Assembly (NCBI GenBank): GCA_020724865.1 | Contig: DYGA01000002.1 | Coordinates: 12,032 to 76,031 of the forward strand | DNA length: 64,000 nucleotides | Direction: 5' to 3' | Origin: Candidatus Paceibacter sp. | Lineage (GTDB): Bacteria; Patescibacteriota; Patescibacteriia; S139-126 | Shown: in pieces, positions 29,500 through 37,005 of the stretch | How the letters are laid out: every line of letters starts with the position of its first letter | Numbering within the stretch: the stretch's first letter is position 1 | Translations under genes and position numbers: made by a program | Notes under the pieces: generated by a model | What the model saw: only the letters and a program-made list of their open reading frames with translations | Database searches by the model: none | Told to the model about the DNA's origin: nothing

Positions 29500-30207
29500 A
29501 TGAAAAAAAATAAGTATTTTATTGTAGTAAGTTTGTTTATTTTGGCATTAGTTTTGCTAGCTGGCAATGTTCAAGCCAGAAAAGGAGAAGATGACAACCA
29601 GCCGGTAAATAGTGCCGCTGCCCAAGCACCAGGATTGAAATTGCGCGGTAATGGCAGTGTGGACGATACGCAACCAAATGCTCTTTTATCCACTTCTACA
29701 GGTACTTCAACCGCTACTTCTACAGCAACTACTACGCCGACCACAACTCCACCAGTACAAAATCGCAATCGTGCCTCGATTAATGCTTTGGAACACAGAA
29801 GTGCAGTGGCCAATTTTGTCCAAGGATTATTAAAAGTTGCAGACAGAGAGCCGGGCGGAATTGGTGGACAGGTGAGAGAAGTGGCCAGAGCACAAAGTTC
29901 ATCTACGGAAACAGTAGTGCAGGCCATGGAAAAAGTGCAAACCAGAAGTAAAATAAAAACCTTTTTGTTTGGTTCGGATTATAAAAACTTAGGTAAGTTG
30001 CGCAGTGAAATGGTGCAGACCAGAAACAGATTGGAGCAATTAAATAGATTGCTCAGTGAAGTCACAAATGAAGCAGATAAAACTGAACTGCAAAATCAAA
30101 TCTCAACTTTAGAACAAGAACAGGAAAAGATTCAGACTTTTATTGCCCAAAAAGAACAAGAAGGAAAATATAGTTTGTTTGGCTGGTTGATGAAATTATT
30201 TAATTAG
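29500..30207 (+). CDS. Secreted hypothetical protein with Thr-rich linker and coiled coil
   Basis: Signal peptide ...VQA; TSTGTSTATSTATTTPTTT; helical C-terminus; terminator at 30237-30270. Confidence 0.8.
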   Translation: MKKNKYFIVVSLFILALVLLAGNVQARKGEDDNQPVNSAAAQAPGLKLRGNGSVDDTQPNALLSTSTGTSTATSTATTTPTTTPPVQNRNRASINALEHRSAVANFVQGLLKVADREPGGIGGQVREVARAQSSSTETVVQAMEKVQTRSKIKTFLFGSDYKNLGKLRSEMVQTRNRLEQLNRLLSEVTNEADKTELQNQISTLEQEQEKIQTFIAQKEQEGKYSLFGWLMKLFN

Positions 30208-30270
30208 GGTTTAGGAACTAGGATACAGGATATAGTAAAAACTCCTCGCCTTATGGTTGGGGAGTTTTTT

Positions 30271-30382
30271 AATTATTAATTATTAATAACTCCTGCCTAC
30301 CGGTAGGCAGGAATGAATTTTAAATTATTTAATTAATAAATTAAGTCATTGATTAGTAATTCGTCATTAGTAATTAGTAATT
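30271..30382. repeat. Heptamer inverted-repeat element carrying a 20-bp palindrome insertion
   Basis: Aligns with 26254-26345 except for CCTGCCTACCGGTAGGCAGG at 30292-30311. Confidence 0.8.
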
Positions 30383-30493
30383 TATTTTTTTAATAGTTTG
30401 TCAAAAACGCCAGTTTATTTTACTATTAAATCCTGAAATCACCTTGAGTAGGGTACAAGTTTAGAATGATAATAAGATGATAATAATCCTAAC

Positions 30494-30577
30494 TGTCATG
30501 CTGAACTTGTTTCAGCATCTAAAAATAGACCCTGAAACAAGTTCAGGGTGACAAGGGTGAATAAGTTCAGGGTGTCA
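30494..30577. repeat. REP/RPE-like palindromic element with a partial extra right arm
   Basis: TGTCATGCTGAACTTGTTTCAGCATCT-N6-AGACCCTGAAACAAGTTCAGGGTGACA, then TGAATAAGTTCAGGGTGTCA. Confidence 0.8.
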
Positions 30578-30589
30578 TAATTATATACT

Positions 30590-31213
30590 ATGCAAAAGTG
30601 GTTAGAAAAAATTAGACAAGCTATGGGCAAGCAACCCATGTTTTGGCGTTGGCTGGGAATTTTATTGATATTTTTTGGTTTAGTTATTATTTGGCGGGCA
30701 CAAATGCCAATTAGTAGTCCGACTGATTATGAAAATTATGGAGAACTTAATATTTTACCTTCAGGTGAGGAAATGGATTTAACTCCAGTGGATTTGTCTG
30801 GTATAGATCTGACTAGTAAGAATGGTAATTGGATTGTGATTCCTAAAATGGGAGTGGATAGCGCGATTTTTGAAGGAGGGGAAGAAATGCTCAATCAAGG
30901 TGTGTGGCATTTGCCCAGAACTTCAACACCAGATCAAGGTGGTAATACTGTCTTGTCAGCTCATCGTTGGTTATATAAACCGCCGGATCCCAGGACTTTT
31001 TGGAATATTGACAAAATAGAGGTTGGTGATGAAGTGTATGTTAAATGGCAAGATAAAGAATATACTTATCGGGTAATATCTACTGAAGTGGTGACGCCGG
31101 ATCGGGTGGATATTTTGCGTCCGACTAAAGAACCAATTTTAACTTTTTTTTCTTGCACGCCACTTTATTCAACTTCGCATCGGTTGGTAGTAAAAGCGGA
31201 ACTGGTTGAATAA
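30590..31213 (+). CDS. Sortase (class D/E-like)
   Basis: GNTVLSAHR; LTFFSCTP; HRLVVKA. Confidence 0.9.
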   Translation: MQKWLEKIRQAMGKQPMFWRWLGILLIFFGLVIIWRAQMPISSPTDYENYGELNILPSGEEMDLTPVDLSGIDLTSKNGNWIVIPKMGVDSAIFEGGEEMLNQGVWHLPRTSTPDQGGNTVLSAHRWLYKPPDPRTFWNIDKIEVGDEVYVKWQDKEYTYRVISTEVVTPDRVDILRPTKEPILTFFSCTPLYSTSHRLVVKAELVE

Positions 31214-31278
31214 AAAAAAATGTGAAATTAATTTCACATTTTTTTAATAAATTTTCTAATTTCTAGTAATTAAACTAA

Positions 31279-31767
31279 TTATTTTAACAGACTCAGGAAC
31301 ATCAAAAAGAAAAAGGCTTGCCAGATTAGTCCGTATTTGAGGGGAATGAGAAAATTTAATTTTCGTTCAAAAAAAGTATGTATGGTTTTGTGAATATTTT
31401 GAAATTTAGCTAGCCAGGGATAGTCTTTGTTGAATTTTCCGTTTAAAACAAAACTTAAGCCAGAAATCAGATCAGGCAAAATCGCTGCTCCTAGACCGAC
31501 AAAAAATAATCCGTAATGAGTAGGAGCAAACATAAGTAGGTAGTAAATAGAAAATAAAAATATTAAAAAACTGTCAATGGTAGCTACCCAAAAAAGTTTT
31601 CGGAATTGAACATTTTTGGGCTGAGTTTTGTCGGTTAGTTTTTCATCGCCATGTGGAATAAAATCAAGTACAAAGTGGGAAAAAAATGACATTAAAAAAA
31701 CGAGCATAGGATTGCCGGTTTGTTGTGATATGACAGTGGCAGCAGCAGTATGCACGATTAAGAACAT
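31279..31767 (-). CDS. Membrane protein, metal-dependent hydrolase-like
   Basis: N-terminal His, SHFVLDFIPH, LPD, HxxxH. Confidence 0.7.
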   Translation of the reverse strand: MFLIVHTAAATVISQQTGNPMLVFLMSFFSHFVLDFIPHGDEKLTDKTQPKNVQFRKLFWVATIDSFLIFLFSIYYLLMFAPTHYGLFFVGLGAAILPDLISGLSFVLNGKFNKDYPWLAKFQNIHKTIHTFFERKLNFLIPLKYGLIWQAFFFLMFLSLLK

Positions 31768-31854
31768 GGGGAATAATTTATTAATTACTAATTTTTAATT
31801 GCTAATAACTAATTTAATTTTACAATTCTATATCCTAAATTCTAGATTCTACTC

Positions 31855-31931
31855 TGGTGACAGGGGGCGGAGTTGAACCGCCGACCTAGGGGTTATGATT
31901 CCCTCGCTCTAACCAACTGAGCTACCCTGCC
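31855..31931 (-). tRNA. tRNA-Met(CAT), probably elongator
   Basis: GGCAGGG...CCCTGTC-A-CCA cloverleaf, loop ATCATAA. Confidence 0.92.
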
Positions 31932-31932
31932 T

Positions 31933-32008
31933 TGGTAGCGGGGGCTGGACTCGAACCAGCGACCTCCAGGTTATGGGCCTGGCGAGCTGCCAACTGCTCT
32001 ACCCCGCG
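31933..32008 (-). tRNA. Initiator tRNA-fMet(CAT)
   Basis: CGCGGGG 5' end with unpaired C1; anticodon arm CCAGG-CCCATAA-CCTGG; CCA encoded. Confidence 0.92.
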
Positions 32009-32148
32009 TCGATAAATACGCTTAAAGATTATATCTTATTTATCTAAATTTTTCAAGATATTTTTTAATAAACCTTAAAATATTACTTATTTCTTAATAC
32101 TTTATTCTGTTTTACATTAACAGAATTAATCAGGTTAATACAAAAGCA

Positions 32149-32235
32149 TGGTGCCGCGGGAGAGAATCGAACTCTCATGAGCTTGCGCTCACAGGTTTTT
32201 GAGACCTGCGTGTCTACCAATTCCACCACCGCGGC
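32149..32235 (-). tRNA. tRNA-Leu(CAA)
   Basis: GCCGCGG...CCGCGGC-A-CCA, loop CTCAAAA, long variable arm. Confidence 0.95.
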
Positions 32236-32242
32236 GTATTTT

Positions 32243-32479
32243 CTATTGTATATTTTTTAAATATTCTTTACCAATTCCTGATTTTAAATATTTCTCTCTT
32301 TTCCGTGCTTGTAACCGTGTGTCATAGGTTTCGTAGATTATCAATTGAAATGGCTTATAAGGCTTTGTCGTTTTATTTAAACCAGTGTTATGTTGATGAA
32401 ACCTTCTTTTTAAATCATTAGTTAATCCTACATATATATAATTTTTGTTTACACTTTTTATGGCGTACACAAAATACAT
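32243..32479 (-). CDS. Small stand-alone GIY-YIG nuclease
   Basis: YFVYAI...YIYVGLTNDLKRRFHQHN...ARKREKYLKSGIG. Confidence 0.92.
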   Translation of the reverse strand: MYFVYAIKSVNKNYIYVGLTNDLKRRFHQHNTGLNKTTKPYKPFQLIIYETYDTRLQARKREKYLKSGIGKEYLKNIQ

Positions 32480-32492
32480 ATTTTTATATTAA

Positions 32493-32538
32493 GTGTCTAC
32501 CAACCTGCCTGCCGGCAGGCAGGTTCCACCACCGCGGC
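32493..32538 (-). repeat. Duplicate of tRNA-Leu nt 1-26 interrupted by a 20-bp palindrome
   Basis: GTGTCTACCAA + CCTGCCTGCCGGCAGGCAGG + TTCCACCACCGCGGC versus 32210-32235. Confidence 0.92.
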
Positions 32539-32571
32539 ATTTTTATTTTTATTAAAGTAAGTATTAAGTAA

Positions 32572-32606
32572 CCAGTTTGTCAGCAGGTAGGATTCACCAT
32601 TACCGC
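32572..32606 (-). repeat. Degenerate further copy of palindrome + tRNA-Leu 5' end
   Basis: CCAGTTTGTCAGCAGGTAGG (14/20 to the palindrome) followed by ATTCACCATTACCGC. Confidence 0.55.
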
Positions 32607-32728
32607 AAATTTTTATTGCGTATTTATAAAATTAATCAAAAATATTAAATTTGTCAACAAAATCTTTTTGATAAATAAACAAAATATTGTATAATAATAC
32701 TATCTGAATATCATCAGAAAATTATTTT

Positions 32729-33490
32729 ATGGGTAAGATTATAGCACTGGTCAATCAAAAAGGTGGCGTAGGTAAAACCACGACATCAGTAAACCTCGCT
32801 GCTTATTTAGCATTATTTGGTAAAAGAGTTTTGTTGGTTGATATTGATCCTCAAGGCAATGCTTCTTCGGGTTTGGGGATTGTTTTGCGAGAATTTGATG
32901 AACATATTTATCATGCTTTGGTGATACCGGAAAAATTTCCCAAGATTATTAGGAATACCAATATGGATAGTTTGCACGTGGCACCTGCAAACAGCAGCTT
33001 AGCTGGAGCTGCGGTGGAGTTGGTAAATTTTCCCCAACGGGAATATCGATTGCGACAGTTATTAGTTGAAGCTAAAGATAAATACGATTATATAATTATT
33101 GATAGTCCACCTTCACTTGGATTGTTGACCATCAATGGTTTAGTAGCGGCTGATCAAGTGCTGATTCCAGTTCAGGCAGAGTATTATGCTTTAGAAGGAT
33201 TAGGACAACTATTAAAGACTATAAATTTAGTCCAAGCACACTTGCATCCCGAGTTGCAGATTTTGGGAGCAGTTATTACTATGTATGATAGACGCAATCG
33301 TTTATCAGCAGCCGTAATGAATGAGTTGTATCAGTATTTCCCTAAGCGTATTTTTAAATCAGTTATACCACGGAGTGTGAGATTGGCAGAAGCACCATCA
33401 CATGGTATGCCAATTTTACTTTATGATAAAAATTCAACAGGTAGTCGGGCATATCAAGATTTAGCCCAAGAAATATTAAACATCACTTAA
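32729..33490 (+). CDS. parA: Chromosome partitioning ATPase ParA/Soj
   Basis: NQKGGVGKTTT, DIDPQGNAS, DSPPSLG, EAPSHG. Confidence 0.96.
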   Translation: MGKIIALVNQKGGVGKTTTSVNLAAYLALFGKRVLLVDIDPQGNASSGLGIVLREFDEHIYHALVIPEKFPKIIRNTNMDSLHVAPANSSLAGAAVELVNFPQREYRLRQLLVEAKDKYDYIIIDSPPSLGLLTINGLVAADQVLIPVQAEYYALEGLGQLLKTINLVQAHLHPELQILGAVITMYDRRNRLSAAVMNELYQYFPKRIFKSVIPRSVRLAEAPSHGMPILLYDKNSTGSRAYQDLAQEILNIT

Positions 33491-33492
33491 TT

Positions 33493-34407
33493 ATGGCAAA
33501 AAAATTTAGTTTAGGTAGAGGCTTAGGTTCGCTTATTCCTGATGGTAAAAATGAAGAATTTGAGCAACCTATGACTGTTGATGGAATAGATGATTTGGTA
33601 TCAACGCCAATTGAAGTTGATAGTCCTTTAGCTCACCAACAAAAAATTGAATATATTGATCCAAAAAAAATAGTCACTTCACATTATCAACCGCGTCAGT
33701 TATTTGAAAATACTGCTTTGGAAGAATTGGTCAACTCTATCAAAGAGTTTGGTATTTTGGAGCCGTTGATTGTTTCGCCTCTGAGCGGAGGTGCTTATAA
33801 GTTGGTAGCTGGGGAAAGAAGATTACGAGCAGCTAAAATTCTAGGTCTTAAAAGTGTACCGGTTATTATCCGTACTGTTTCCGAACAACAACGATTGGAA
33901 ATATCTTTGATTGAAAATGTACAGAGACGTGATTTAACACCTTTGGAAGAGGCAAACGCATATAAAAAATTGATTGAAGAGTTTAATATTACTCAAGATG
34001 AATTGGCAAAAAAAGTTGGCAAATCCAGATCAAAAATTGCCAACTCTTTACGACTTTTAAATTTACCCGCTGAAGTGCAAGCTTTGCTTGGTAGCGGTCG
34101 TATCACCGAAGGCCATGCAAAAGTTATTTTGGAATTAGCCACGCCGCAGGAACAGATAATTATGGCTAGGCGAGTTGCGGAACAGAATATGTCGGTTAGG
34201 GATGTGGAGAAAAAAGTAGCAATTCGCAAAAGAAAAAACAAACCAGCCGTTGAATTAAATGAAAAGTTGCAAATATTGCAAGACGAATTAAGAAGAATAT
34301 TCAAAACTAAGGTTTACATAAAGCCTAAAAAACAGGGCGGGTTGATTGAGATAGAGTATTATTCTGATGAAGAACTGAACAATTTAATTGACCGATTGGG
34401 GATATAA
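33493..34407 (+). CDS. parB: ParB/Spo0J
   Basis: LGRGLGSLI, AGERRLRA, ENVQRRDL. Confidence 0.96.
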   Translation: MAKKFSLGRGLGSLIPDGKNEEFEQPMTVDGIDDLVSTPIEVDSPLAHQQKIEYIDPKKIVTSHYQPRQLFENTALEELVNSIKEFGILEPLIVSPLSGGAYKLVAGERRLRAAKILGLKSVPVIIRTVSEQQRLEISLIENVQRRDLTPLEEANAYKKLIEEFNITQDELAKKVGKSRSKIANSLRLLNLPAEVQALLGSGRITEGHAKVILELATPQEQIIMARRVAEQNMSVRDVEKKVAIRKRKNKPAVELNEKLQILQDELRRIFKTKVYIKPKKQGGLIEIEYYSDEELNNLIDRLGI

Positions 34408-34461
34408 TTGGTTTTAGTATATTAATTGAGTATATAATTTAAATTTAATTTCATTTGTTAG

Positions 34462-35967
34462 CTAAAACGGAGATTTGAGGCGCCAGCGAGATTGTAAATC
34501 TTTATTTAAAGCCTGCCTGATGTGATCTTTTGCGCTTTTGGTTTTGACAATTTTAAGCCAATCTTCATTTGGCTTTTTTCTATTTTTATCAATCATAATT
34601 TCAACCATATCGCCTGAGCGCAATTTGGTGTCCAGAGCTGCTATTTGTTCGTTGATTTTAGCGCCTATACATTTATTACCTAATTCAGAGTGAACATGAT
34701 AAGCAAAATCAATTGGCGTAGCTCCTTCGGGCAATTCTATCACATCTCCTTTGGGGGTAAAAATAAATATACGATCACTAAAAATATCAAGCTTAATTTG
34801 TTGTAAGTATTGTTCAGAGTCTTTGACTTTTTTTTGAATATTTATAAGTTCTTTTATCCATTTTTGTTGTTTTTCAGTTAATTTTATTGCGCCTTTTTCT
34901 TTGTAATGCCAGTGAGCAGCTATACCATACTCGGCTTGATCGTGCATCTCAGGTGTTCTTACTTGAAATTCAACAATTTGTCCTTCAGTGGCAAAAACTG
35001 TGGTGTGAATTGACTGATAACCGTTGGGTTTGGGAGTGGCAATATAATCTTTTATCCTACCTTTAAGTGGGGGCCATATACTATGAATAATTCCAATTGT
35101 GGTGTAGCAGGACTGGATATTGGGAACAATTATACGCAGAGCAATCAGATCATAAATCCGATTGATGTCCCGATCTTTTTGTAAAAGTTTGCGATATAAA
35201 CTGTAAATGCGTTTAGTTCGACCATGTAAGGAGATAAAATTTATACCTTCTTTTTGTAAATTTTCCTCTAAAATTTTTTTTATTTTACTCAAGTTTTTTG
35301 TTTGTCTAGATAAAGGTTCTTGTCGTAGAGACAAAACCCAGTTGTATTCGGCAGGTTGTAAGATAGCAAAAGATAAATCTTCCAGCTGGTGTTTAATTTC
35401 GCCCATACCTAGGCGGTCGGCAATTGGAGCATAGATTTCTAAAGTTTCTAAAGCGATTCTTTTTTGTTTTTCTGCTGGTAAATATTGTATTGTTTGTAAA
35501 TTATGTAAACGATCAGCAAATTTAATAAAAATTACTCTGATATCTTTAGCCATAGCAATAAACATTTTGCGCAGATTTTCTGCATATCTTTCTATGCCTC
35601 GATATTTAAGTCTGCCTAATTTAGTGATGCCATTTACCAGTTTGGCTACTTCTTTGCCAAAATTTTTTTCGATTTCTTGAATGCTAACTGCAGTGTCTTC
35701 TGGTACGTCATGTAAAAGACCGGCTAACAGGGTGGGCATATCAGCTTTCATAGCCGCTAAATTGTAGGTTGTTGCCAAGGGATGACTTATATATGATTCG
35801 CCTGAAAATCTGGTTTGGTCAGCATGAGCTTCAGCCGCAAAATCATAGGCAAGTTTGAGCATAGTAAAATCCTCATCTGGGGGTAGATATTTTTTTGTTT
35901 TTTCTATCAAATCGTCTATGGACATTCTCGTAGTTTGATTTTTTTCTGACGAATTAAAAAAAATCAT
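34462..35967 (-). CDS. relA: RelA/SpoT family (p)ppGpp synthetase/hydrolase, short form (HD-SYNTH-TGS)
   Basis: LLHDVPED, ADRLHN, KPNGYQSIHT, EFQVRT, TGS domain; no ACT domain; alternative start at 35925. Confidence 0.93.
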   Translation of the reverse strand: MIFFNSSEKNQTTRMSIDDLIEKTKKYLPPDEDFTMLKLAYDFAAEAHADQTRFSGESYISHPLATTYNLAAMKADMPTLLAGLLHDVPEDTAVSIQEIEKNFGKEVAKLVNGITKLGRLKYRGIERYAENLRKMFIAMAKDIRVIFIKFADRLHNLQTIQYLPAEKQKRIALETLEIYAPIADRLGMGEIKHQLEDLSFAILQPAEYNWVLSLRQEPLSRQTKNLSKIKKILEENLQKEGINFISLHGRTKRIYSLYRKLLQKDRDINRIYDLIALRIIVPNIQSCYTTIGIIHSIWPPLKGRIKDYIATPKPNGYQSIHTTVFATEGQIVEFQVRTPEMHDQAEYGIAAHWHYKEKGAIKLTEKQQKWIKELINIQKKVKDSEQYLQQIKLDIFSDRIFIFTPKGDVIELPEGATPIDFAYHVHSELGNKCIGAKINEQIAALDTKLRSGDMVEIMIDKNRKKPNEDWLKIVKTKSAKDHIRQALNKDLQSRWRLKSPF

Positions 35968-36082
35968 AACTTAATTTAGTGGTTATATCATACAATAAAT
36001 TTTAGAAAAAGCAATTATTGACTGGAGATAATTATTTTGTTAAGCTAGCTGGAATTAGTTTATTTACAAAAATGGAGGGAAC

Positions 36083-36682
36083 ATGAAAACTTATTTTGGC
36101 AAACGGTTGTTTGATCTGGTAATGGCATCTGGTTGCTTATTGGTATTATTGCCACTTTTTATAATTATAAGTTGTTTAGTTTTGATATTTGCCGGACGTC
36201 CGATATTTTATCGTCAGGCCCGAAACGGTTTATTTGGGAAAAAATTTTATATTTATAAATTTAGAACAATGTACAACGGAGCTCACGAGCAGATTGAACA
36301 ATTATTAGTTAATACTACCCAACATCGTTATTGTCATCGGTTAAAAGAAGATCCTCGAGTGACCAAAATTGGCAGAATTTTACGTCGATGGAATTTAGAC
36401 GAGTTACCACAATTAGTTAATATCATTCGCGGCGATATGAGTTTCGTTGGTCCAAGACCTGGCGAGGATTATTTTAGTGCAGATTTAAAGTATCGTTATC
36501 AAGTTGATCACTTACGTCCGGGATTGACTGGATATTACCAAATTTTTTCCCATACTACCGATATTAGTGATGTCTCTATTCGTATCAAACTTATAGATAA
36601 ATATTGGCAAGAAATATCATTTTTGACAGATGTTAAAATAATTTTACTAACCTTTAAGGTTATATGGAAACAGAAATTTTAA
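36083..36682 (+). CDS. Bacterial sugar (phosphoglycosyl) transferase, stand-alone
   Basis: KRLFD, YKFRTM, DPRVT, LDELPQL, MSFVGPRP, PGLTG; own promoter 36018-36046 and terminator 36681-36709. Confidence 0.9.
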   Translation: MKTYFGKRLFDLVMASGCLLVLLPLFIIISCLVLIFAGRPIFYRQARNGLFGKKFYIYKFRTMYNGAHEQIEQLLVNTTQHRYCHRLKEDPRVTKIGRILRRWNLDELPQLVNIIRGDMSFVGPRPGEDYFSADLKYRYQVDHLRPGLTGYYQIFSHTTDISDVSIRIKLIDKYWQEISFLTDVKIILLTFKVIWKQKF

Positions 36683-36715
36683 AAAGACCCTTGTTGCAGG
36701 GTCTTTTTTACTAAT

Positions 36716-36949
36716 TTATTTATTAACTAGCTTTCGTAGATCATAAACTTTTCCTTGTTGCCGCCATTTAGCCAGAGTTTTTAGAGCTTGATTTGATAAT
36801 TTAATACGCAGGTATTTGCCCGTGGCTGGATTTAGTAATCTCTTGGTTTGTAAATTGACAGCAAATTTTCTTTTAGTTTTACGGTTGCTGTGAGAAACAT
36901 TGTGGCCGCGTAAATCTCGCTTGCCAGTAATTGCACATTTTTTTGCCAT
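36716..36949 (-). CDS. rpmB: 50S ribosomal protein bL28
   Basis: CAITGK...GHNVSHSNRKTKRKFAVNLQ. Confidence 0.95.
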   Translation of the reverse strand: MAKKCAITGKRDLRGHNVSHSNRKTKRKFAVNLQTKRLLNPATGKYLRIKLSNQALKTLAKWRQQGKVYDLRKLVNK

Positions 36950-37005
36950 ATAGAATATCTAATTATAAAACAGTTGCTTTAATATACAGTAAAGTTATTT
37001 TATCG

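Noticed and set aside
32149-32538. GIY-YIG as a tRNA-intron-encoded homing endonuclease
   Set aside because: The downstream tRNA-Leu is complete and uninterrupted; the ~280 bp leave no room for a group I core.
25820-32606. CRISPR array
   Set aside because: Repeats are not regularly spaced with unique spacers; no cas genes.
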